Under the pieces are notes generated by a model that did no database searches, was not told the origin of the DNA, and saw only the letters and a list, made by a program, of their open reading frames with translations. A stretch of DNA of 59,960 nucleotides, counting the filler. It is 5 parts of 5 records of this genome, joined end to end, with 100 filler letters (N's around TTAATTAATTAA, not from the genome) between each part and the next. Parts side by side here need not be neighbours in the genome. Positions count along the whole stretch, not along the records: positions 1 to 17,437 come from SRR2962707_2330; positions 17,538 to 26,613 come from SRR2962707_2335; 3 more parts are not named here. One strand, 5' to 3'. Each line of letters opens with the position of its first letter. The first letter of the stretch is position 1. The translations under genes and the position numbers were made by a program. Below are positions 11,901-18,406 of the stretch, piece after piece.

Positions 11901-14900
11901 AGAATACTCTCCGAAGGCAACTGCTTGCGAATATCCTCGGAACCCATAAAAATAGACTCAAGGTACATCCATTGACGCTGAACTGTGAGAATCATCTCCA
12001 CAACCTCCGACATCAGAGCTAACGTATTCTCCCAGTAGTCAATCTGAGTGCGGAAAGTCTGATAAAATCGAGAGGCCTTCATCGTCGACAGAGCGACGGC
12101 ATTATCTTCGAGCTGTGAAAACAAGTCTTCGGTTGTGACGATTTTGAAGTAGCGATCTTTGTACTCGCCCACTTCGATGTTGATCTCTTTCCACGCAGTT
12201 GCAATCGCCTCGAGGTTCTCCTCAATTGCCAATTCTTTGTTGGCGACCCCGGAGAGTTCGCTAATGAAATCTCCGTGATGATGAAGCCCAAGGGTGAATA
12301 CCTTCTCCAACGTGAAGTCGTCACTCTTGGGGTCGATACTCTTGCCGATCTCTGAACAAAGGCGTTCCCAATGACGGTCGCGCATGGCGTCATTGCGCAG
12401 ATTGAGAATGAGCGGGAGTGTGGCACGGAACTCGTCAATTTTCTCCTTCATCATCTGCCAGCACTTCCACTTCTTCATGGTACGCCCTAGCTTGGATACT
12501 GTCTTGAACACTACAGCCGCCTCCCGTTCGAGGAAGTCACAGTCAAGGTCACGGAACTTGCCAGTCTTCCACTGCGTCCATTTCGTGTCCCATCCCTTAG
12601 CCACTTCCCACACTGATGTAAGGGCAGCAAGATCCTCATCGACCTCATTGAGCAAAGTGTCGTCTGGGGCATCCATCTTGAAAATTTCAAGTCCAGGGCC
12701 AAGGTCAGTGATGTGCTTACGTGCTTCCGCCACCTTCGCCTTGAAGCTAGCAATCTGCTCGAGCGCCTTGTCCACAGATTGATCCTTTCCGAATGGAAGC
12801 CCAGTGCGTGAAGCCTCGTGCACACGCGCTGCGCGGGTCTCACACTCGCGGTGTGCGTCTTCCAAGTCGCGGCGCATCTCCTTCATGCTGTTTTGAAGCA
12901 TGCGCTCGGAAGTTGACAATATTTTCTTGAACTCCAGCCAAGACGACTGAAGTCGGTTGAGCAATTGCTGTTCATTATCAGATACGCGCACTTCAAACTT
13001 GTTGAGCAATTCATACTGTGCCTCAATGCCTGGGAACGTCGCTTCAGTGTCCGCCAGCGAGCCTTGCAGCCGCCGAAGCAGCTGCATATTGGTCGACAAG
13101 TGGTCCAAATCGCGTGGCTTGTCAGTGAGAATGCGAGTGTTCTCGGTAAACATGTCGTGCAGGCCCTGCAAGTCCTTGAAACAGCGCTTGTTGAGAAGTT
13201 CTGTGTGCTTGTTCTGCCACTGAATGCAATGATGCACCAACGCCGATCTCAGCAGTGAGCAGTCGATCTTGATGAAGTCGATGGTGTGAATTACACCTTC
13301 CACTTGAATCAGCGATTGCTGCCCCTTGAACTGTGCAATGTCAGCTTCAAATTTGGCAAGGGGATCCTCAGCCACGGCAATAACTTTGGACTCGTAGTTG
13401 GCCATGAACTTGTCCTTGTCTGTGTAGTAGATATCTTTGTACTTGAGCCACTCCGTTGTGTACTTTTGGACCAGCGAAGCTCCCTTCTGTACGCCCTGGT
13501 TGATCTGCAGTCGCAGTTTCATGATGTCCTTGTCTTGAGAGATTGTATCGAAGAAAGTTTCCACAGCCGGTGCAGCTTCGACTTCAGCGGCGGACGCCGT
13601 CAAGTCCTGCGCGTCGTCTCGTGACACCACTTGCGTCTCGGCCAAAGCAGGATCGACCTCGTTTACGTCGGTATCCTTCGTCTCAGCCTGCGCAGCGGCA
13701 GCGGCAGCGGCGGCTTCTTGCTTTTGTTCTTCCTTTTGGCGCCGAGCCTCCTCCGCAGCACGCTTTGCAGCTGCAGTTTGGCGCGTGGGCTTCTTTTTTG
13801 CCTCCACCTTGATAACCTCAATGCCTTGGATGCTCAGTAGAATGTTGTCAGCACAGCTCTGCACCAAGTGCGCTAGTTCAGGCATGGTCGGGTTGTACAC
13901 CATCTCTTGACCTTCAAGGGTCAGGTGCACTTGGAAGAGAACCACAGGTTCGGTCTTACTGTCGCCATTCAACGTACGAGCGAACTCTTTAATGGAGCGA
14001 AGCACAAGGGAGTGGAAGGCGGCACGAATGTCGTTGTTCACAGCCTTCGTGTAATTGGTCCATTGCGCTTGTACAGGTTTGGGGTCGGTCTCAAAAAACT
14101 GGTACATAGTCTTCAGGCCCTCGATGATACTCTTGACCTCGTCGCGAAGGAACTTACTCATCTTTGCAAGATGGGCTTCCTGGGCTTCACCAAAGTCGGC
14201 AGCCGTGTACACGCGGTTCTTCTGCAAGTCAAGCAGTAGCGAGCGAGATATGGCCTTGATTTTGGAAGAAATGCTCAGTTTGATTTCCTGGAACTTGCTC
14301 ACGATCTTCATGAGATCTTGGCAGTGCCGCCGTGACTCTTTCACAAACCAGTCAGTGACATCGCGAGCCGTCCAGTTTAGCTTTGAGAAACCAGGTGAAA
14401 TACGGCGATCAAGCCTCCTGATGTGTTCTTGGAACAACTTGCGCTCGTCTTTGCCAAGCGTCTCAAGAATGGAGTTGTATTCGCGCACCACTTGCAGCAC
14501 GTGCTGCCTCACCAGCTGTAGCTTGTCTTGCTGATTGGAAATATCGTGTGCCACGTATGGAATGACGAATCGCATGTCACCCTGGAATTTCTCCCAATGC
14601 CGTACTTCGGCGAAAATGCGCACAAGCTTCTCATCAAAGTTAGACTTGAGCTGGCCTTTGGCGTCTTTGATCATGAAGTTGGATCTCCGAGCACCAGCCT
14701 CGTTGCGCACCAGGAGTGGGTTTTCCAGGAGGCGATGGAGGTCGTTTCCACTCGCTCCTTGCATGGAGGCCATCCAGTCAGCGTAATGCTTGTGGATGCT
14801 CTCCTCCAAGGCCTTCTTGAGGTCTTCGAAATGGGAGGTTGCTTCCCGAGCCTCTCGGGAGTCAGGCAAGAACGATGCATTCTGCAGAGCCTGGAACTGA

Positions 14901-16714
14901 AACTCAATCCATTGAAGCAGACCGTACGTCCACAGCCCTGATCCAGCAAACAGCGGCTCGTCAGGAAGCAATGGTGGGTCACGACGACGCGCCTCGAATT
15001 CGGTTTTAATGTCCTCCACTTGACGAGTGAACATCTCATAGAGGTGGGCTGCCTTTTTCTCGACGCAGCGGACAATTGCTTCACGCTTGGCGAGGGCGAA
15101 AAATGATTCCAGCTCTTGAACTCCCTCCACGACGGAACCAATGCTATCAAACGTGCTGTTGATGACATTTTGCATCATCACCTCCAGATCCTTCACAGCA
15201 GTTTTAAAGTGGTTGAAATCTTCGTGCCATCGTGTGGCCTTCACGTCCAGCACGTCGTATTGAACTGTCTGGAGTTTGGACAAATGCACAATAAAAGATT
15301 TTTCGATGTCCACCAAGTTCTGGATGATATCAGGACCCGTGTTGCCGCCGAAAACAGGGTACGCGGTGGTGCCTGCGGCCACATCGCCTTCAGCGCTGCG
15401 AATGGCAAGCGCACGCTGTGAGAACTGGATTTGGGACTCGCAGACCTCCAACAGGTCACGGCAACGCTGAACAAAAGCGTCTATCTGGGCGAAAATGTTG
15501 GCGTCATCAAATGTCCAGTGGCGGCTGGCATCTGGAGTGTACTTTGCAACTGCCGCCTTGGTGCGCTGGTATATCCGTTTCCATTCCACGCCACACGAAA
15601 TGCTGTCTTCCAGCTGCTCGATGCTGCGCCGCACATCTCCCTCAAAGATGTCATGCAGGCTGATGACCGCGCAGCAACGGCGGATCAGCTCATTGCTGAC
15701 CTTACGAAGGAGGGATGTCAACCGGTCCTTGGTGTTGTAGTGCTTGGATATGCTCCAGATCATACGAACGTGCAGCAACAGCCCGGGCAAGATAAGTGAT
15801 ATGTCTTTCGGCGCTGCATTGGCCAATTCTGTGCATGGATCGTGGAGCACTTTCAAGAACTTGAGGTTGTCGTTTGCTTCCGCGCAACCAATCTCGATTT
15901 GCTGCGACTCACGCATGAAAGGCTCGAGGTACGACGACTTGGAAGCTGACAGCACAGCAAGAATTTTTTGAACTTCGGCTGTGGACAGCTGCTCGCTGAT
16001 GCCAGAAAGGTCTACAGTCCGGAAACGCCAGAATTCGATCTCGTCCAAGGGACCTGCGGTCTCCGCATTGCTCACGCTATCATGGTTGGTGATGACCTCT
16101 TTGATTTGGCGAGTCCAGTGGATGACAGTGGACTCGAGGAGCTGCACAAGATCCTTATCTTTCGCAGCCATCTCTGGGTCAACGATGCGCTCTTGCGGGA
16201 TGTACAGGATTGTCTTACCGCTGGAGTGGTGCACCGCTTCGGTTAATGACGCCATGAACTTGTGCACCGCACGCGTGAACTCTTTCTTGACAGCCGCTGG
16301 CCAATTGGCCGTCTCCATCGTTGACGGAATGTACAAGGACCGCATGGTCTGAAACACCGTGTCTACAGTTTGATTCGGCCGGCTTGACCCGAACTGGATG
16401 CTGGCGGTGAAATTGTCCACGGTGAGCTGGATGCCACGAGGGCGCAAGAAATACACAAAGGCGAGGTCTTGCGGCAGGTTCTCCATTGTCAGTTGCAGAC
16501 GAAGCCCCGTTTGCGGCGAGACAAACGCCAGGAGACGACAATACTCCGGAACGGTCAAGAAACTCCGAATCGTGGCCTTGTTTTCGTCTGAAAGGACCAA
16601 GTCTCCAGCATCTTCGTCCATACTGAGGGACAGCTGCACATTCTTGCAGACCCACTGGCTGATTTCCTCGAAGCTCTGATCATCGAGCGCATAGGTCTTC
16701 GTCTCGTCTGCCAT
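2960..16714 (-). CDS. DNAH2: Axonemal dynein heavy chain, inner arm I1/f beta type (DNAH2 / Chlamydomonas DHC10-like), single exon, 4584 aa
   Basis: Uninterrupted ORF with N-terminal tail regions (GPLDEIEFW), AAA1 P-loop GPAGTGKT with CFDEFNR, AAA2 GSTQAGKS, AAA3 GNTGTGKS, AAA4 GVGGSGRQS, and stalk. The C-terminus YVCPLYLYPIRTGTRERPSF...RGTALLLSLAT matches my recollection of the I1-beta chain. Family is certain; subtype is from motif recall. Confidence 0.93.
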   Translation of the reverse strand: MADETKTYALDDQSFEEISQWVCKNVQLSLSMDEDAGDLVLSDENKATIRSFLTVPEYCRLLAFVSPQTGLRLQLTMENLPQDLAFVYFLRPRGIQLTVDNFTASIQFGSSRPNQTVDTVFQTMRSLYIPSTMETANWPAAVKKEFTRAVHKFMASLTEAVHHSSGKTILYIPQERIVDPEMAAKDKDLVQLLESTVIHWTRQIKEVITNHDSVSNAETAGPLDEIEFWRFRTVDLSGISEQLSTAEVQKILAVLSASKSSYLEPFMRESQQIEIGCAEANDNLKFLKVLHDPCTELANAAPKDISLILPGLLLHVRMIWSISKHYNTKDRLTSLLRKVSNELIRRCCAVISLHDIFEGDVRRSIEQLEDSISCGVEWKRIYQRTKAAVAKYTPDASRHWTFDDANIFAQIDAFVQRCRDLLEVCESQIQFSQRALAIRSAEGDVAAGTTAYPVFGGNTGPDIIQNLVDIEKSFIVHLSKLQTVQYDVLDVKATRWHEDFNHFKTAVKDLEVMMQNVINSTFDSIGSVVEGVQELESFFALAKREAIVRCVEKKAAHLYEMFTRQVEDIKTEFEARRRDPPLLPDEPLFAGSGLWTYGLLQWIEFQFQALQNASFLPDSREAREATSHFEDLKKALEESIHKHYADWMASMQGASGNDLHRLLENPLLVRNEAGARRSNFMIKDAKGQLKSNFDEKLVRIFAEVRHWEKFQGDMRFVIPYVAHDISNQQDKLQLVRQHVLQVVREYNSILETLGKDERKLFQEHIRRLDRRISPGFSKLNWTARDVTDWFVKESRRHCQDLMKIVSKFQEIKLSISSKIKAISRSLLLDLQKNRVYTAADFGEAQEAHLAKMSKFLRDEVKSIIEGLKTMYQFFETDPKPVQAQWTNYTKAVNNDIRAAFHSLVLRSIKEFARTLNGDSKTEPVVLFQVHLTLEGQEMVYNPTMPELAHLVQSCADNILLSIQGIEVIKVEAKKKPTRQTAAAKRAAEEARRQKEEQKQEAAAAAAAAQAETKDTDVNEVDPALAETQVVSRDDAQDLTASAAEVEAAPAVETFFDTISQDKDIMKLRLQINQGVQKGASLVQKYTTEWLKYKDIYYTDKDKFMANYESKVIAVAEDPLAKFEADIAQFKGQQSLIQVEGVIHTIDFIKIDCSLLRSALVHHCIQWQNKHTELLNKRCFKDLQGLHDMFTENTRILTDKPRDLDHLSTNMQLLRRLQGSLADTEATFPGIEAQYELLNKFEVRVSDNEQQLLNRLQSSWLEFKKILSTSERMLQNSMKEMRRDLEDAHRECETRAARVHEASRTGLPFGKDQSVDKALEQIASFKAKVAEARKHITDLGPGLEIFKMDAPDDTLLNEVDEDLAALTSVWEVAKGWDTKWTQWKTGKFRDLDCDFLEREAAVVFKTVSKLGRTMKKWKCWQMMKEKIDEFRATLPLILNLRNDAMRDRHWERLCSEIGKSIDPKSDDFTLEKVFTLGLHHHGDFISELSGVANKELAIEENLEAIATAWKEINIEVGEYKDRYFKIVTTEDLFSQLEDNAVALSTMKASRFYQTFRTQIDYWENTLALMSEVVEMILTVQRQWMYLESIFMGSEDIRKQLPSESILFDGVNDNWIAIMGGVFDQPNAVVATQKEGMLDTLNSTNDDLERIQKSLDQYLETKRQLFPRFYFLSNDDLLEILGQQKDPGQVQKHIKKCFEAIKALQMIPPGKQGNKTMEAAGMDSPDGEKVSFNTNVIVQGAVELWLIEVEKHMIACLQKLLRETLKAYPKSNRAQKERWVKDWPGQHLILAGKIMWTSACTRACESVAKGNKKAIKKLKRKQVKYLAELSDFVRGKLTRVERKKLVALITMEIHSRDVMERMIKQNAKSADDFVWLSQQRFYFMKDEGDDGFGRCRVKQTSTELEFGYEYQGNNGRLVVTPLTDRCVLTLTTALHLQRGGNPLGPAGTGKTETVKDLGKNLAKYVVVFNCSDGLDFKSVGRMFSGLVQSGGWGCFDEFNRIEIEVLSVVASQILSIMNAISQRKTEFMFEGIKIRCRWSCGIFVTMNPGYAGRTELPDNLKSLMRPVAMMVPDLGQIAEVMLMAEGFRDARVLGKKSVTLYELMIDQLSKQSHYDYGMRSLKAVLGAAGALKRADPDMSEDLIVLRALKDMNVPKFIKADYKLFLLLLGDLFPGLELPQPDYGILQKAIEDELDAQGLLKHPFTINKTIQLYESKGMRHCNMLVGSTQAGKSTAWKTLQAAKTTLCKVHKARGYVNVQVFVLNPKGITMNELYGTYDLATMEWSDGTLSTIFRRCAQDEKKDEKWIMLDGPVDTLWIESMNTVMDDNKTLTLINGERISMSNEMSLLFEVLTLDVASPATVSRAGMVYLDVEDLGWRPFTYSWIARNWGEVKELVDFYTGLFDKYVAQLLEFIESSVKELVPQNPNSAVHSLCRLYDTFNTSQYGLDWEENKETYFSTAEKIFSFCLVWTLGASATAGGRKKFDVKIREIEAQFPPSDTIYDYFFDDKTRDFRPWADVIPKNWRPARDAQFFDMIVPTLDTVRNSSIITRLLEHKIPALMVGNTGTGKSVITNQCLLGLPDKYATLTMFFSAATTAGITQDVIEGNMEKRAKGKFGPPGGKLLVTFVDDLNMPTKDTFGSQGALELMRQWMDYGGWYDRKKCTWQLILDMQLVAAMGPPGGGRSQISERTQSRFNMLNFTFPADAEVVRIFETLLSLHFADFDDEIKPMGKGIATATLTLYKAVVKKFLPTPKKCHYLFNMRDIAKVVQGIRMSDRHSFLTAESIMRLWAHELLCVFSDRLATHEDQDNFRSLVDNALAEGFGMSWDNVMQDCKAPSAGPIFTNFMAEPDANTGKQLYEEVAGADYQNLKHHVEEVLDDYNVEPGYVPMDLVLFDMAIRIICKISRVLSQPRGNFMLVGVGGSGRQSLTKLASFQAGYSVFTIEITKRYSAVEFHDDIRRLFTICGVENKPTTFLFNDTQVKEESFLEDINNILASGEVPNLFGEEDLPPVYDGVREAAKQQGFITPSELWDFFINRVRKNLHVVVCMSPVGDAFRNRCRMFPGLVNCTTILWFHGWPAEALAEVALKFLEGVELGGPEVAGKLARIFAVVHQSVEKASDKMLAEHKRHNYVTPTHYLELVKGYSGILNAKRVQMGAQLKKLSDGVAKLDEGREQVETMSVDLAKKQEFVNQKQKECEKMVVDIMSEKRVADEQKLQVEADEQRINKEASECKAISDDAQRDLAVALPALEQAMLEVDKLDKSSISEVKAYTSPPPLVQLCLEAVMLLFNTKTDWASAKKKIGESNFLVQVKTYDKDNVAAKTLGKLQKYIRNPQFQAEAVRKVSAAAGALCVWVHAINLYANVSKEVAPKRAALKKAQDALAIKQASLEEAQTKLTKLMAQLQKLNDQYQASSDEKEALKAEAVMLEQKLTRADNLVKGLAGEKVRWSESVGTYRQGIANTLGDALLASGSRSYLGPFDTQYRAELLKIWFKAVDESQCAYSKDFTFAGFLSNPTDVRDWNIQGLPVDGYSTENGVIVTQCERWPLMIDPQAQANKWIKKMEGKQLKITDFAAKDFLRQLENAITFGAPYLLQDVEEELDPSIAPVLNKSLLKQGNREIIRLGDKDLDWSRDFRMYLTTKLANPHYPPEISTKTTIVNFSVKEEGLEAQLLGLVVQKEEPALEVQKSKLVVEVANGKRKIIELEDLILKMLSETEGSLLEDENLVVTLQESKETSTAVTKKLKVAEVTEKKIDEARSGYKPISIRAAILYFILNDLARVDPMYQFSLSAYAELFSQSIANSRSKGGGSQTDISKRIEAVNNYHTYAVYKQTCLGLFEKHKLLLSFNICTKILQANGKLPPAEFDFFLKGALNVDRDEQKENPCEDWLLPNNWDNITVLDQLEAFRGVASSFDQFPRDWQEWYLQECPEESPLPGEWQNKLNEFQRMCILRSLRIDRVGFAAAKFVSNNMEDGEKFVEPPPFDLMAIYKSSNNLIPLVFVLSPGVDPTAQVFGLGEKLGVKCTTVALGQGQAPNAIKQIDDGVADGNFVFLANCHLMLSWLGELEKIILGMPARNPHANFRLWLSSNPTPKFPISILQNGIKMTTEPPRGLRANLLRLYNLTNDDKFNAPSELSKFKKLRFSLCWFHAILLERRKFKTLGFNIPYDFNDSDFLICEDLLALYLDDFPDKTPWEALRYLTAEANYGGRVTDSWDRRLVNVYINEFYCDEVIEVPRYQLSSLTSYFIPSDGSLDSYKNVISELPGVDKPDAFGQHPNADISSQIDDANTLLQTIVDLQPLTAKGDGGPSNEEKVLDLVRDLLGKFPEPFDTAKVASSLASSPDPAPLKSVCRQEVDRYNGLLRALKRTLTLLELGVQGLVVITAELEEIFMSLLLGRVPSAWGFCYPSMKGLAPWVDELLVRIAQMDRWIEKGFPISLWLSGLTYPTGMLTALLQTSSRKNGIAIDTLSWEFPVLPHGDVEALSAAPEEGTYVHGMFLEGARWELDSACLTDANPMQLNSPMPIVHFKPIEGKKRTKGMYVCPLYLYPIRTGTRERPSFMTEVDLKSGSKDATFWTKRGTALLLSLAT

Positions 16715-17202
16715 ACTGTTTTTTGAGAGCGCACCAACCGCCCTCCGCCTCAGCGCGGGACGCAGTTAGCCACTGCTAAAAGCCAGCCCAAGTCTCCCCA
16801 GTCCGAGTGGACCGACAGCAGAAGATCGATCGCGCTCAAGAAACAGCGAACAAAAAAAATGACAAAAAAAAAGAAAGAATTTTTGTGCAAAAGAAATACC
16901 ACAGCACGGGGCCGGTGGGTCTCGGTAACGAGTGCAAGACAAGCCACAATATTTCTACGAAGGAACGCACAGCGGACCCCTCGATCCAATCCCCGCAATG
17001 GATTAGATGCGATAAAAAAAAGGGATAAAATTCCGGACAAGCTTCAATGTCCGAAGCTCGCGAGACGACAACGTAGCCCCCCTGCGTGTCAGTCCCTCGA
17101 CTCCGCATCCCCCTCGCAAGTTTAGCCTGGCAAACAGAGTCGGAGAGGAGAGCCACCTCGCCTGCAGTCAGTCAGTCCGCCCCTGCCCTGCATCCGTGGC
17201 AG

Positions 17203-17356
17203 CGAGTCTTCGTGGGTCTTCGTGAGGGAGCCTTCGCGAATGCGAGTCAGTCTTCGTGAGTGGGGGCGAGTCTTTGTGCGAGTTTTCGTGAGTCTTCGTC
17301 AGTCTCACACGGTGAAGGAGTCTTTGTGAGTGACAGTGAGTCTTCGTCAGTCTCAT
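17203..17356. repeat. Degenerate minisatellite of GAGTCTT(C/T)GT-like units upstream of the dynein gene
   Basis: About 9 imperfect copies (gagtcttcgt, ggtcttcgt, agtcttcgt, gagtctttgt, gagttttcgt), including two exact copies of gtgagtcttcgtcagtctca. Confidence 0.7.
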
Positions 17357-17389
17357 GGACTTCGGTGCGTGCTTTCTTGAGTGCGTTCG

Positions 17390-17437
17390 TGCGAGTGGGT
17401 GAGTGAGAGGGAGTGAGTGAGCGTGAGTGAGTGAGTG
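17390..17437. repeat. (GAGT)n-like microsatellite at the end of contig 1
   Basis: gagtgggtgagtgagagggagtgagtgagcgtgagtgagtgagtg immediately before the N-run. Confidence 0.85.
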
Positions 17438-17537
17438 NNNNNNNNNNNNNNNNNNNNNNNNNNNNNNNNNNNNNNNNNNNNTTAATTAATTAANNNNNNN
17501 NNNNNNNNNNNNNNNNNNNNNNNNNNNNNNNNNNNNN
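17438..17537. other. Artificial contig spacer (N44-TTAATTAATTAA-N44)
   Basis: 100 nt, six-frame stop linker, identical at four positions. Confidence 0.98.
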
Positions 17538-17640
17538 AGAGTCTCAAGAGAGAGAGAAGAGAGAGAGCGCGCGCGCGCGAGGGGAGAGTGAAGAGAGAGA
17601 AAGCAAGTGAGTTCAGTTGAGTGGGAGTGAGTGAAGAAGC
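17538..17640. repeat. GA/GC/GAGT low-complexity tract at the start of contig 2
   Basis: (GA)n, (GC)n and gagtgagtga runs seen directly. Confidence 0.75.
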
Positions 17641-18406
17641 TGGCGGTGACGTGAGGCAAAAACTCACTGAAAAACGACAATCTCACAATAGAGGACCAAA
17701 AGCGGGCAATCTACAATGGATTAAGAGGGAACCGGACGACAGAAGGAGCAAACGACAGCCAAGAGGAACCTGAAAGAGTCTCAAAAGAAGTCAAAAGTCT
17801 GGGCGCCCGAGCAAGAATGTCAGCTGACTCACTAGCGGTGGCGCACAGCAACGAACCCTCAGCAGAGCGAGCCCTGACCCACTTTCCCATGCACTCACTC
17901 ACTCTCAACGCTTCACTCGAACCAACTCCAAATCAGCTGATAGAGTATTGTGAGTGAGCGTGCACGCAGAGTGTCACTCACGTGTATGGTGTGCCCTGTG
18001 CACCTTTCGTCGCGACGCGGAATTTTATTGAATGCAATTTGAGGCGGTGTATCCAATGAGGTTCGTGTTATTTCCCCTTATTATTAAATGGGGCGGGGGC
18101 GAATTTTCTTGTGAGCAAAATAGTAGATGCTGCTTGCTGCAACCGAATTGATTTGCAATCAGAGATAGGTGAAGTAGCCACATTGGTTGGGTGTGCTCTG
18201 AGGTCGGTGGATACCAACCAACATCATCTCGGATTATTATTTGGGCTGCAGCAGGTTCACCCGAAACGCATTGAAATTTTTGTTCTAAGCTTCAACACGT
18301 CCCAGGTCATGTGTCAAATCATATTGACACTGCTGCGTGTCACTAAGTACATCCTCGTCACAGCACGCGTGTATTTGCTGCCTATTACCCGGACAAGACG
18401 GCGTGG

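Noticed and set aside
3117-16737. Dozens of 60-185 aa ORFs overlapping the dynein gene
   Set aside because: Shadow ORFs expected from codon bias in a long GC-rich CDS; no recognisable motifs.
16915-17136. RFX X-box-like sites (gtctcggtaac; gtttagcctggcaaac) upstream of the ciliary dynein gene
   Set aside because: Poor fit to the X-box consensus, and RFX control of ciliary genes is not established outside opisthokonts; not supportable from one promoter.
17203-17356. CRISPR array
   Set aside because: Units are about 10 nt, degenerate, lack regular unique spacers, lie in a eukaryotic contig, and no cas genes are present.
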